From Centroscyllium fabricii (lineage: Eukaryota), in assembly GCA_051313645.2 (NCBI GenBank), contig JBNRSN020000029.1, positions 20,026,001-20,090,000 of the forward strand: 64,000 nucleotides of DNA. The letters run 5' to 3'. The notes beneath the pieces were generated by a model. The model was not told the origin of the DNA, made no database searches, and saw nothing but the letters and a program-made list of their open reading frames with translations. Positions 24,430 to 35,985 of this stretch are shown in pieces. Numbering within the stretch: position 1 is the first letter of the stretch; each line of letters starts with the position of its first letter. Made by a program: the position numbers and the translations under genes.

Positions 24430-24499
24430 CAGGAACACCAATGATTGCAAGAATCGGATAATAAATGTTTTCCACCTGTATGATTACCGGCTGTCCCAT
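24430..24499 (-). CDS. GPR139-like GPCR exon 1 (MGQPVIIQVENIYYPILAIIGVP)
   Basis: ATG at 24497-24499 and donor gtaag at 24425-24429. The 70-nt phase-1 exon joins exon 2 in frame (VP-A-NLVTIVIL), completing TM1; total CDS 975 nt. Confidence 0.88.
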
Positions 24500-24569
24500 T
24501 TTCAGAGAGAAGCGACCTTGTCTGTTCGTGTTGTTGACCTGCAGAACTTCTGTTTTCCAAACAAAGTCG

Positions 24570-24577
24570 TATTTATA
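24570..24577 (-). promoter_or_regulatory. Candidate TATA box of GPCR gene
   Basis: TATAAATA on the minus strand about 70 bp upstream of the ATG. Confidence 0.5.
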
Positions 24578-24622
24578 CCTGAAGAAACGTCAAGCGACAC
24601 AAGAGCATTACATAATGATTGT

Positions 24623-24653
24623 CATTAGTTACAGTCATTTGAACAAACAGATT
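24623..24653. promoter_or_regulatory. Conserved upstream block shared by both GPCR paralogues
   Basis: cattagttacagtcatttgaacaaacagatt here versus cattatttacagtcatt-gaacaaacggatt at 46942-46971, in the same position relative to exon 1. Confidence 0.65.
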
Positions 24654-25149
24654 GAACTAAACCTTGTTGACTTCTATTGGCCAGGGAGTAGGATGATTAG
24701 CAATGATATTGCCCATTGACAGAGTGAGGCATCCTGGATATTCATTTCATCATACGTTCCAAACAGAATATTTCGCAAACTCCACTCCGACAATTATGGT
24801 GCCAATCGGTTTAACATGAGTATATATATTCATAGGTTCAAACAAGATATTTGATGTAATAAATACACACATTTTTCATATATTGGCTGCATCGTGATCT
24901 TAGTTATGTCAAGATTTGTTTTTCTTTGCTTTAACTGATATTAAATTTAATTTATATTCAGGTGCGTTCCGTGGTGCAGTGAGATCGAAGAATATTCACA
25001 AATAGCCACGGCAAGTGATACAGTCAGTTGTAGGTATCTAATCAGCCCTATAGATTTGCAGATACTCTGGAATTGTGGAGGTATTAATGGATCTTGCGTA
25101 GGCTGTAAAATGGTTATAGCACGAGAACCTTAGAATGATACAACACACG

Positions 25150-26290
25150 CATGTGCCGGTTATTTCAAAGACCGTCAAATTAGATCCTCTAAACTGCTCT
25201 TGGCCCATAGACCTGCTAATATGTCCTCTCAATTATTTGTCTAATTTACTTCTGAAAGTTATTATTAAATCTGTTGTCACCACCCTTTCAGGCAGTGGAT
25301 TCGAGATCACAAATACTCGCTGCAATTTTCCCCATCATGTCGTATCTGCTTCTTTTGTGAATTAACGTAAAGCTGTGTATCTGGTTACCGAACTTGCTGT
25401 TACTGGAAACATTGTCATTTTATTTGCTCTGAGAAAACACATTTTCATTATTTTTAACTTTGTCGAATCTCCCCTTAGCTTCTCTCCTCTAAAGAGAAAA
25501 TTGCCAGTGTCTCACGTCATCGAAGTAACTGAATTATTTCAACCCCCAGAAATGTTTTAATAAATCTCATCTGCACCATCTCTAAAGCCTTGACATCTTC
25601 ACTGACGCGTGCTGCCCAGAATATGTGGCAATTGTTCAGCTAAGGCATAACCATTGTTTTGTAAAAATTCAGCATAACTTGCTTGCTTTAGTGCTCTGTG
25701 CCACTATCTGAAGCACCATTGGGCCTGTTTGCATTTTTAACAAGTCACTCAACTTAAAACACGTGTAAGGTACACCAGCTGGTCTCGCTTTTCCTGATAC
25801 GCCTATTTAATGTCATCATTTATAATTATATTTTCTCTCATCATTCTTCGTACCAAAATGAATCACTTCACACTTGGCTGCATTAACTTTATTTTGCCTT
25901 GTGTCTGCATAGTTCATCAGCCTGTCGATATCCTAATGAATTCTGTTAATGTCCTTCTCACTGCAGACAACATTACCGAATTTCCTGTCATTTGCAAAGT
26001 TTGAAAGTATGTCCGGCATATCCAAATCCAGTTCAGAAATATATATCTAAATGTGTAGTGGTCCTAACAGCGAGCACTGGCGGATACACACTACCATCCT
26101 CACTGAAGCACAACTGCTTACACAAACACTGTACTTTCTAACCTTTAACCAATTTTGTGTTGATCAAACCACAGCCCCAATAATGCCATGGGCTTCATTA
26201 TTGCGTACAGGTCTATTTTTGTAGAAATTCATCAAAAGCCATTTAAAGTCCATCTGCCGAACAACAAACGTGCCACATTCATCCATTCAT
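25150..26290 (-). mobile_element. Old degenerate CR1 LINE fragment
   Basis: Residual similarity to CR1 RT and 3' end (gtcatttgcaaa = FADD, gtggtcctaacag = LLGPL); many indels. Confidence 0.6.
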
Positions 26291-26899
26291 TTCATAAAAG
26301 ATGTAGATGTATGTGAAATTAACGGAGTTGCCTGCGCCATTGGAGCTTATTCTACTATTGTATCACGATCTTAAATGTCACCTGTGAGGAGCAATTACAC
26401 GGGACAAAATCTTGGGCAACTGGTCACAGCAAAACCAATACTGAATCAGCACAACAGCTTCCACGCGCGTTAGATGCATAGTTCAGAATCAAGGGATTGA
26501 GACACATTAACCTGGTCTAGACGAAAAGTTGCTGCTGCAAGTGTCTGAACTGAACTAAAGTAATTGATGCGAACTAATTTGATTTACAGACTGAGAGAAT
26601 GATCAAATTATTAAATTATGAATAGAGATTTTCCGTGGCTGGCCACTAAAAACAGCTGGTTAAGTAATTATTTCAACAGTATCGGCTTTGTGAGTTGGGT
26701 CTATCATAATTGGCACACCGGATCATCACCCATAACAGGGAAATATGTTAAGCTTGACTAGTAATACTTGTTGCGTATAAATAACGTGACTGCAGTTGTT
26801 ATGGCAGAGAACGAGATTAAAGTTGATATCTCAGAAAGCCTAGTTAAATACATGCCATTAATGATGTCCAGTTCAAGTTTGTGCCCGCAGTACAATAAC

Positions 26900-29810
26900 A
26901 TAGGTATTACTAGCTGGAACAGGCCATAAGGCCCTTCGAGCACGCTCCTCCAATCAATAACATCATGAATGATCTTCGACATCAACTCCACTTTCCCGCC
27001 AAATGACCATATCCCTTTATTATCCTAGAGTCCAAAAAATATGTACCTCAGCCTTGAATATGCTCAACGACTGAACATCGACAACCATATGGGATAGATT
27101 ATTCCAATGATTCACAAACATCTGAGTGACGAAATTCCTCTGCTTCTCAGTTTAATATTCAATTCAATTCAATTCAATTCAAGTTTTATTGTCATTGCAG
27201 AGTATTAGTACAATACAACGAGACGAAGACTCGACTCTCCCGAGAGTAGTGTAAACAAAATAAATAAATTACATAAATAAATTGCATACAGTAAAGTTCA
27301 TTATCAGGCGTGCAGGTACCGGAGTTTCTTTTTAGAGTTCAGGAGGCTGACAGCCCTGGGGAAGAAGCTGTTCTGAAATCTAGTCGTGCAGGTGCAAATT
27401 GCTCTGTAGCGTCTCCCGGAGGGCAGAGGGGCGAACAGACTGCGGCTGGGGTGTGTGGGGTCTTTTATAATGTTCATAGACCTCCGTAAGCAGCGTTTGA
27501 GGTAGATGCTTTCCACTGACGGTAGCTGTGTACCGGTAATTCGTTGGGCAGTTTTGACTACCCGCTGCAGGGTTTTCCGGTCCGAGATAGTGCAATTACC
27601 ATTCCAGACAGTGATGCAGCTTGTCAGTATGCTTTCTATTGTGCAGCGGTAGAAGTTGGAGTGGATGCCGGATGCCAGCCTGGCTTTCTTCAGCTTCCTA
27701 AGGAAGTACAGGCGCTGTTGGGCCTTCTTAACCAGAGAGGAGGTGTTTAGTGACCAGGAGAGATCTTCCGAGATGTGGACCCCGAGGAACTTGAAGCTGG
27801 ACACCCTTTCCACCTCAGCCCCTTGGATGAAGATGGGGTTGTGTCTTCTGCTTCCAGTCCTCTGGAAGTCCACTATGATCTCCTTCGTTTTCTTGGTGTT
27901 CAGTGCCAGGTTGTTGTCGGCACACCAACCCACAAGGCGTTGGATCTCATCCCTGTAGGCTGACTCGTCGTTGTTGGTGATCTGGCCAACCACCGTGGTG
28001 TCATCCGCGAACTTGATGATCGTGTTGGAGCCATGGACAGCCGCACAGTCGTGAGTGAAGAGGGAGTAGAGGAGGGGGCTGAGCACACAACCTTGTGGGG
28101 CCCCCGTGTTCAGGGTAAGTGGGGGGGAGGTGAGGTTGCCTAACTTCACAGACTGTGGTCTGTTGGTTAGGAAGTCCAGGCTCCAGTTGCAGAGGGAGGT
28201 GTTCAGGCCGAGGGTGAGGAGTTTGGTACACAATTTGTTGGGGACGATGGTGTTGAATGCTGAGCTGTAGTCAATAAACAGCATTCTGATATATGTATCT
28301 TTGCTATCCAGGAGGTTTAGTGCAGAGTGAAGAGCCATAGTGATAGCATCCTCTGTAGATCTCTTATACTTAGACCGTACCCCTTAGTTCTAGATTCTCC
28401 AGCCAGGGGAAACAACTTCTCAGCATCTACCCTATCAAATCCCCCAGAATGTTATATGTTTCAATGAGATATCTTCTCGTTATTCTAACCTCCAGAGGGT
28501 CCAGCCACAATCTAGTCAATATCTCCTCCTAGGACAACTCACTCCTCCCATGAATCAATCCAATGTGCCTCCATTGCACTGCCTCTACGTCACGCTTTCC
28601 TTTCCTCCAATAATGCGACGAAAACAGTGCACAGTACTCCTGGAGTGGTCTCAACAAAGCTCTGAATATTTATAGCATGGACTTTCAAACTATTGTATTC
28701 CAGATTCCTTGAAATAAAGTTCAACGTGCCGTTTGCCTTCACAATTGTTTGCTGTTGCTGCATGCTAATTATTTGTATTTCTTGTACGAGGAAATCTACA
28801 TTTCTCTGAACACCAAGATAATTTTTTTCACAACAGTTAAAAACGAATATGTTTATATATTCTTCCTAATGATGTGAATGCCCTCACATTTCTGAGCATT
28901 GTACTCCGTCTGACAACCTAATTGTTTACACACTTAACATATGTATAACCTTCTGTAAGCTCTTCGTGTCTTCAACTTAGTTTTGCAGCGTTAGCATATT
29001 TAGATATATTCCACACCTTTCCTTCATTCATATAAATTGGAAACTGTGGACGCCTTTCACGGAACCTTTCTGCAATCCCGTAACTACAGCCTGCCAACCT
29101 GAAAATGATAATTTTTTCCCTGGTCTCTGATTTCTGTAACCAATCCTCTATCTATGGTAATATATTACCCCAATCCAATGAGACGTTACCTTGCGTAACA
29201 CAATTTTATGTGGCACTTTACTGAATGCTTTATCGAAATGCAAATATTGTATATCCACTAGCTCCCTTTCAGCTATCTTATTGGTTTCATCCTCACAAAA
29301 CTCTAATGAATTTGATAAACACGATTTTCCTTTCATAAAACCATGTTGATCTGCCTGATCACATAAGGATTTTCTAAACGCAAGTTACCACTTCCTTAAT
29401 AATAGATGCCATTATTTTCGTGGCAACTAATGTCAGGCTAATTGGCCTGCAGTCACCTGTTGTGTTGCCCCTCCTTTCTTGAATTGTGCGGATACATTTG
29501 TTAACTTCCACAACTTTGGGTCCGTTCTAGAATAAAGGGAATGTTGCAAGATCACAACAATTGCAAGCACTATCTCTGTAACCACCTGTTTTAAAACCCA
29601 GGATTTAGACCAGCAGATCCAGGGGACTTGTTTGCATTTAATGCAGTTAGTTTCTCAAATATTTTCTCTACTGATATTAATAACAGTAAGTTCCTCACTC
29701 ATCGGCCCCTTGTTTATGAACTAATTGTAAAAGTTTTTTGTGCCTTCTACTATGAAGACGGAAACAAAAATTTGTTTAAAGTCTTTACCATTTCCTTATT
29801 CTTCATTAAT
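26900..29810 (-). mobile_element. Degenerate CR1 LINE interrupted by a Rex1-like insertion
   Basis: CR1 tail at 26900-27150, resuming at about 28361; ORF 29148-29336 reads KGKSCLSNSLEF...FDKAFSKVPH. Confidence 0.75.
27156..28361 (-). mobile_element. Rex1/Babar-like non-LTR retrotransposon, 5' truncated, open RT frame
   Basis: 344-aa ORF with [52 protein letters not shown] and LPSGRRYR; aataaa followed by a (ttgaa)n tail. Confidence 0.9.
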
Positions 29811-30712
29811 TGCCCAGAAATTCGGGTCTCCACTATTTACCGGTCCGCACAAATAAAGTGTCCTAAATGACTTACCCATTGTCCTCAGACTGTGACCTCT
29901 GGTTGTGGACTGCCCAGCAATCGAGAACATCCTTCCCGCGTCTAATCTGTCTAGTCCTTTTAGAATTTCATAAGTTTCAATTAGATCCCCTCTCATTCTT
30001 CAAAACTCTATCGAGTATAAGCCAAATCGACCCAATCTCTCCTCATACGTCATTACTGCCATCCTAGGAATCAGAGGCAGGCATGCCGCGCTGATGCATC
30101 TGAAAATTGGAGTTAGAGCGAGATTTGCATGGGATCTCGGGGTCCACGGGGAGCCAATCGGAGCAAAGAATGCTCCATTCATGAGATTAACAGGAAGACC
30201 TATCAAACAAAAGAATTACTACAGCCCCAAAATCACACTGAAACTTAAAATATATATTTTTAAATCACAATGTTTAAACTGTTATCAATCACATAAATTA
30301 GCTATTTTAAACAAAAAATAAAACTTTGCCAAAAATAATTAAAGTATTTAACGTGTCTAAAAACAACTTAGCTTTCTTTAAATTATTTTAAAATGAAAAA
30401 CCAGTGGAAAAAATGAGCAAATTGAATAAAAGAAAGACTTACCTGATGAAATCCACTTATTGCGCACAAAAATATCAGCCATACGTTTTTCAAATACTTA
30501 CCCTGATACAAACCTGTGAACAAATTGGAAGTGCATTGCGCACCCTCTGTCAAACACGTGAACTTGCTTGGACATCTGACCCCTTAAGTCCCTGGATCGG
30601 AATTGCCAGTTTTGCACGCATGCGCGGTGCATGCCAAAAATTGGCAATTCCGATGGGCCCACGCGTGAGTAGACCGTCCGTACTCTCGGGTTGGCCCCAG
30701 AATTTCTGGGTC
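29811..30712. mobile_element. Harbinger-type MITE containing a CR1 fragment (about 29860-30075)
   Basis: Termini (t)gcccagaaatt / aatttctgggtc, AT-rich core; related to 41334-42091 and 62090-62327. Confidence 0.65.
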
Positions 30713-30719
30713 ATTAATA

Positions 30720-32650
30720 AATTCAGACAAGATGTCGGTGGGAAAGAACGGAACGAGTTAGTGGAACTACAATGACTAGGATAAGAGGCAACGTGGGCCC
30801 AATATTTTCTGCCTGAAACTAAGATAATTGATTACAGGGCCGCCACCACCTTCTTCAGACAAGGCTCTACCAACAGTATGTTAACGAGCACTAAGTGTGG
30901 ACAGAGAGGAGCGGGTGAGGAACTGCGAGAGGAGCAGGAGCAGCGGCGCCGTTGTGGTACAGCTTGGACCAACAACGTTGTCCGGAAGATCACACTTCAT
31001 ACTATGAAGCCCATGCACAGAGAAACTGCGAGAAGGAGGGAAGAGGACAGTAGCAGTATATTTGTTTGTTTGTGCTAGTCCGTTTTAGCAGAGCCTGGTC
31101 TCCAAGTTTTTTGGATCCCCTTGACATTGGATCAAGACCTTGCTCTGCCAAGCCCGTGTGGTAGCTGGCGTGCAAGGGCCACACAATGATAAAATAATTC
31201 ACAGGTATCTTCCATCATCTAAAATGAAGTTCGGGTTCAGGAATATCAGTACCCTCATGGACAACGCCAATATTGACAGACCGGAACGACATACTGTTAC
31301 TGTTGCCTGGGAGCTTCAACGTTTCGACATAGATATCACCACCCTCAGTGAGACACGGGGGGCAGGGGAAGGCCAGCTCAATGAACAAGGTGGTGCTTAC
31401 ACCTCCTTCAGGAAATGCAAACCTGAGAAGAATGCCGCCTCCAAGGGGTAGGATTCGCCTTAAAAATGAGCTAGTTGAATGTCTCAGAGACGCCACTTGC
31501 AGAAGTAAGCGAACACTTCATGACATTCTGGATGACCCCAGCCCGAACCAATGTGCTAGCGTTATCAGTGCATATCCCCCGCACTGAAAGAAACCGACAA
31601 GACCAAGAGGAATTCATCTCAGGCATCGAACAATCCCTGTTTCGAGTCCCAACGGGGAAGAAGCAGATCCTCCTTGGCGACTTTAATGCCAGAATTGGAT
31701 AGGACAGAGATGACTGGGGAGGTGTGATCGGCAGAGAAGGGATAGGGATTGCCAAGTCCAACGGTACCCTCCATCAGACGAAATGCTTACAAAATGTCCT
31801 TGTCTGAACCAACACACTGTTCCATCATACAGATAAGTACCCGGCTTCAAGGAAGCAACTTCATTCCAAACATTGGAATTTGCTGGACTACATCATCTTC
31901 CGAGCGAGGGAGAGCAAAGATATCTGTATCAATCGTGCCCTGATATGCACTGATCAATGTTGGACAGAACAGTTCCTAATCGGCACTTTCACCTCCACCA
32001 ATGTAGCCCCAAAAGAACGGTGGCAGCAGAAACAATTTAACTGGAAAATCAACGCAGGAGCACTGAAACACCTTGATAAGAAAGCCCTATGCAGCCTGCG
32101 CCTCACAACCAAACTAACGATTCCAAATATTTCAGAGACACAGAATTTTCACACTGCTTGGTCTCCACTCAAGGTCTATATTATCAGCACTTATGAAGAT
32201 ACGCTCGCTCACTCGATCAGGAAACACCAGCACTGTGAATGACCAGGAGATGCAATAGCTAATAAGCCACGAGCACAATGCAGTCCTGATCTGGAAACTG
32301 CAACACAACTCGAGAGCAAAGAATCAGCTCTACGGATGGCTGAAGGCAAAACAAAATCAATACCTGTAGAACAGATGGTGGGTGGAGAACGCGTTGGATT
32401 TCCAGCAGTTAGCCGGCAACCACGATGTGCGTGGATTATTTAGCGCAGTCAAGACCAACTACCATCCCAGGACCCAAGGGCTAAACACACGGTCGGCCAA
32501 CAGCAGAGATGTACTCATCAAGGACAGAGGCCAGTCAGTGAGTGCCCGCTGGAAGGAACAATTAGAAGATCTCATTAACTGAGAGTCGATTTTCGATGCT
32601 AGTGCCTTGAACTCCATCCGGCATCATGCTTCCCGCCACCATCTCAGTAC
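30720..32650 (+). mobile_element. RTE-clade LINE 5' part (5' UTR plus AP-endonuclease region), degenerate
   Basis: MKFGFRNISTLMDN...DRPERHT...DIDITTLSETR...GEGQLNE, ILLGDFNARIG, LDYIIFR, ARWKEQLEDLIN. The upstream non-coding part recurs at about 62410-62580. Confidence 0.8.
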
Positions 32651-32654
32651 AACA

Positions 32655-35600
32655 CCAGAGGGGTCAGAGAGTTGGTTACTAAGGGGGAATTGACACTCGG
32701 TGAGTGTGTGTTTACATAGAATTGGTGAGTGAGGGGGGACTGACAGTCTGTGACTGAGGGGTGACTGAGAGTAGATGAGCGAGGGGGATTGAATGTCGGT
32801 AAGTGAGGTGGACTGAGAGTCAGTGAGTAAGGAGGAAACTGAGAGTTGTTTAGTGAGGTGGGGTCTGAGATTTGTTGAGTGAGGGGGGACTGAGAGCCTG
32901 TGAATGAGGGTTTTATGAGAGCCGGTGATTGAGGAGGGACTAGAGTCTGAGGGTGAGCGGGGCACAGATTCGGTGAGTGATTGGGCACTGAAATGGGTGA
33001 GTGATGGGAGACTGAGAGTAGGTGAGTGAGGGGCAACTGAATATATATGAGTGAGCGGAGACTGAGATCGGGGAGTGAGGTGTGACTGCGAATTGGTGAA
33101 GAAGGGGGAATGAGATTCGGTAAGTAACGGGGAATTAGATTCAACAAAATGGGGTGATGACACTCGGTGAGTGAGGGGGACTGAGAGACTGAGGATGAGC
33201 GGGACAGAAATTCTTTGAATGAAGGGGTGAGAGCGGGGAGAATGAAAGTCGGTGATTGAGGGGAGAATGAGTGTCGGTGAGTGAGGTGTGACTGCGAGTT
33301 GTTGAAGAAGGTGGAATGAGATTCGGTGACTAACGGCGGAATGAGAGTCAACAAAATGGGGGGATGAGATTGGTTGAGTGAGGAGGGAGTGAGAGGCAGC
33401 GAGAAGGGGGACTGACATTCAGTTACTGAGGGTTGTCTGAGATTCGGTGACTGAGGGAGAATTACAGTGGGTGAATGAGCCGGGACTGAGAGTCGGAGAG
33501 TGAGGGATGACTGCTTGTCTGCGAGTGAGGATTGGCAAAATAATCGGTAAGGAAGGGGGCCAGAGGTTGGAGACTGAGAGTCTGTGTGTGACGGGGAAGT
33601 ACGAGTCGGCGACTAAAGGTGTACTGAGATTTGGTGAGTGTGGGGGCAATGTGAGTCGGTGAATTTGTGCGGAAGGTTGGTCGATGAAAAAGCAGGGCGA
33701 GGATTCGTTGACTGAGGGAGGCAGAGAGTTGGTGTGCTAGTCGGGACACAGAGTCGCTAAATAAGGGGAGACTGAGAGTCGGTGAGAGAGTGGGGACTGG
33801 GAGTTGTTGAATGAGGGGTGCCTGAGAGATTGCGAGTGAGGGATAACTGAGGGTAGGTGTCTGAAGTGGGACTGAGAGTCTGTGAGAGAGGTATAACTGA
33901 GTGTAGGTGTGTGAGCAGGCACTGAGAGTCTGTGAATGAGGGATAACTGAGGGTAGGTATGTCAAGAGTGACTGATAGTCGGTGAGTGGCGGGCATCGAT
34001 AGTCGGTGAGTGAAGAGAGATGGGGAGTTGATCTGTGAGGGGGACTGCGAATCAGTCCATGAGGGTGGACTGAGAGTCGTTGAGTGAGTGGGTGGACTGA
34101 AAATCTGAGTGAGGGTGACTGATATTGGGTGAGTGAGGCGGTAATGAGAGTCGGTGAGCAAGGGGGGGAATGAAAGTCAGTCAATGAGTGTTGACTGAGG
34201 TTTAGTGAGTAAGGCGGACTTACAGCCGATGAGTGACGGGGACAGCGAGCCTGTAAGTGAGGGGGAATGAGAGTCAGTGAGTGCGGGGGGACTACGAGTC
34301 GGTGAGTGAGAGGTCCTGGAGTGTATATGTGTAAAGTGGACAGAGATTCAGTCATTAAGGGTGGACTCAGAGTCGTTGACATAGGAGGGACTAAGAATCT
34401 GTGAGTGAGGGGGGACTGAGAGTTGGTGAATGAGGGGAGAGTTAGAGTCATTGAGTGAGGTTGACTCAGAGTCGGTGAGTTAGGGGGAACTGAGTGTCAG
34501 TGAGCGCGGCTGTATTAAGAGTGGGTAAGTCTGGGTGATCTGACAGTCTGTGAGTGAGGGGTGACTGAGATTCAGTGAGTGAGGGGGACTGACATTCGAC
34601 GAGTGAATTCTGACTGATAACCTGTCCGTTAGTAGAACTAAGTGTTTGTGCGTGAGTAGTACAACTAGTGAGTGAGGGTGAACTGCGTGTAGGCGAGCAA
34701 AGGTGAATCGGTGTCTGTGAGTGAGTGGGATGAGTGTCGTTGAGTAATAGGAGATTGAGTGTCGGTGTGTGATGGAGAAGTGCGAGTCGGCGACTCAGGG
34801 TGAAATGAGATTCAGGGAGGGTGGGGCCACTGTGAGTCGGTGAATGTGTGCGGAGGGTTGGTCGGTGAAAAAGCGGGACTAGGATTCGTTGACTGAGGGG
34901 GCAGAGAGTCGGTGTGCTAGTCGGGACTCAGAGTCGCTAAATAAGTGGTGACTGAGCGTCGGTGATTGAGTGGGGACTGGGAGTTGTTGAATGAGTGGTG
35001 TCTGATAATATGTGAGTGAGGCAAAACTGAGGGTAGGTGTCTGCAGTGGGACTGAGAGTCTGCGCATGAGGGATAACTGAGGGTAGGTGTGTCAAGCCGG
35101 ACTGAAATTCGGAGAGTGAGGAGGACTGGTAGTCGGTGGGTGGCGTGGATGGATAGTCAGTGAGTGAAGATAGATGGGGAGTTGTTGTTTGAGGTGGGCT
35201 GCAAGTCAGTCAATGAGGGTGGACTGAGAGTCCGTGAGTGAGTGGGTGGAATGAGAATCTGTGAATGAGGGGGACTGAAATTGGGTGAGTGAGGGGGTAA
35301 TGAGAGTTGGTGAGTGAGTGGGACCGAGAGGCAGTAAATGAGAATGGACTGAGAGTCGGTGTGTGAGAGGGAACTGAAAAACTGTGACGGGGAACTGATA
35401 GTCTGTGAGTGACGGGTGAGTGAATGTCTGTGAGTGAGGTGCGGTTGCTAGTCTGTGAGTGACAGGGTAGTGACAGTCTGTGAGTGAGGGGGGACTGATA
35501 GTCTGTGAGTGAGGGGGGACTGATAGTCTGTGAGTGACGGGGGGGTGAGATTTTGTGAGTGAGGTGGGGACTGAGTGTCGCGAGTGAGTGGGTAGGAGAG

Positions 35601-35985
35601 TCTGTTACTGAAGGGGGACTGAGATAAAACACTGAGGTTGGACTGAATGTCGGTGAGTGAGGGGTGACTGACAGTCTGTGAGTGAGAGGGACTGAGAGTC
35701 AGTGAGTGAGGAGGTGCTGAGTGTCAGTGAGTGAAGGTGGACTGAGAGACGATGAGTGAGTGGGGACTGAGAGTCGGTGACAGATTTGGGACTGAGCGTC
35801 GGTGACTGAGGTGGGACTGATAGTCGGTGCGTTAGGGGGGACTGAGAGACGGTGAGTGCGTGGGGACTGAGAGTCGGTGAGTGATTTGGGACAGAGCGTC
35901 GGTGATTGATGTGGGACTGATAGTCGATGCGTTAGGGGGGACTGAGAGACGGTGAGTAAGTGGGGACTGAAAGTAGGTTAGTGAG
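32655..35985. repeat. G-rich degenerate minisatellite, unit about 25 bp (gagtcggtgagtgagggggactga)
   Basis: About 3.3 kb of diverged tandem units with strong strand asymmetry; the overlapping Ser/Pro/Leu/Thr-rich ORFs are by-products. Confidence 0.9.

Noticed and set aside
32624-35632. Long Ser/Pro/Leu/Thr/His-rich ORFs (264, 236 and 329 aa)
   Set aside because: Translations of the C-rich strand of the minisatellite; no domain motifs.
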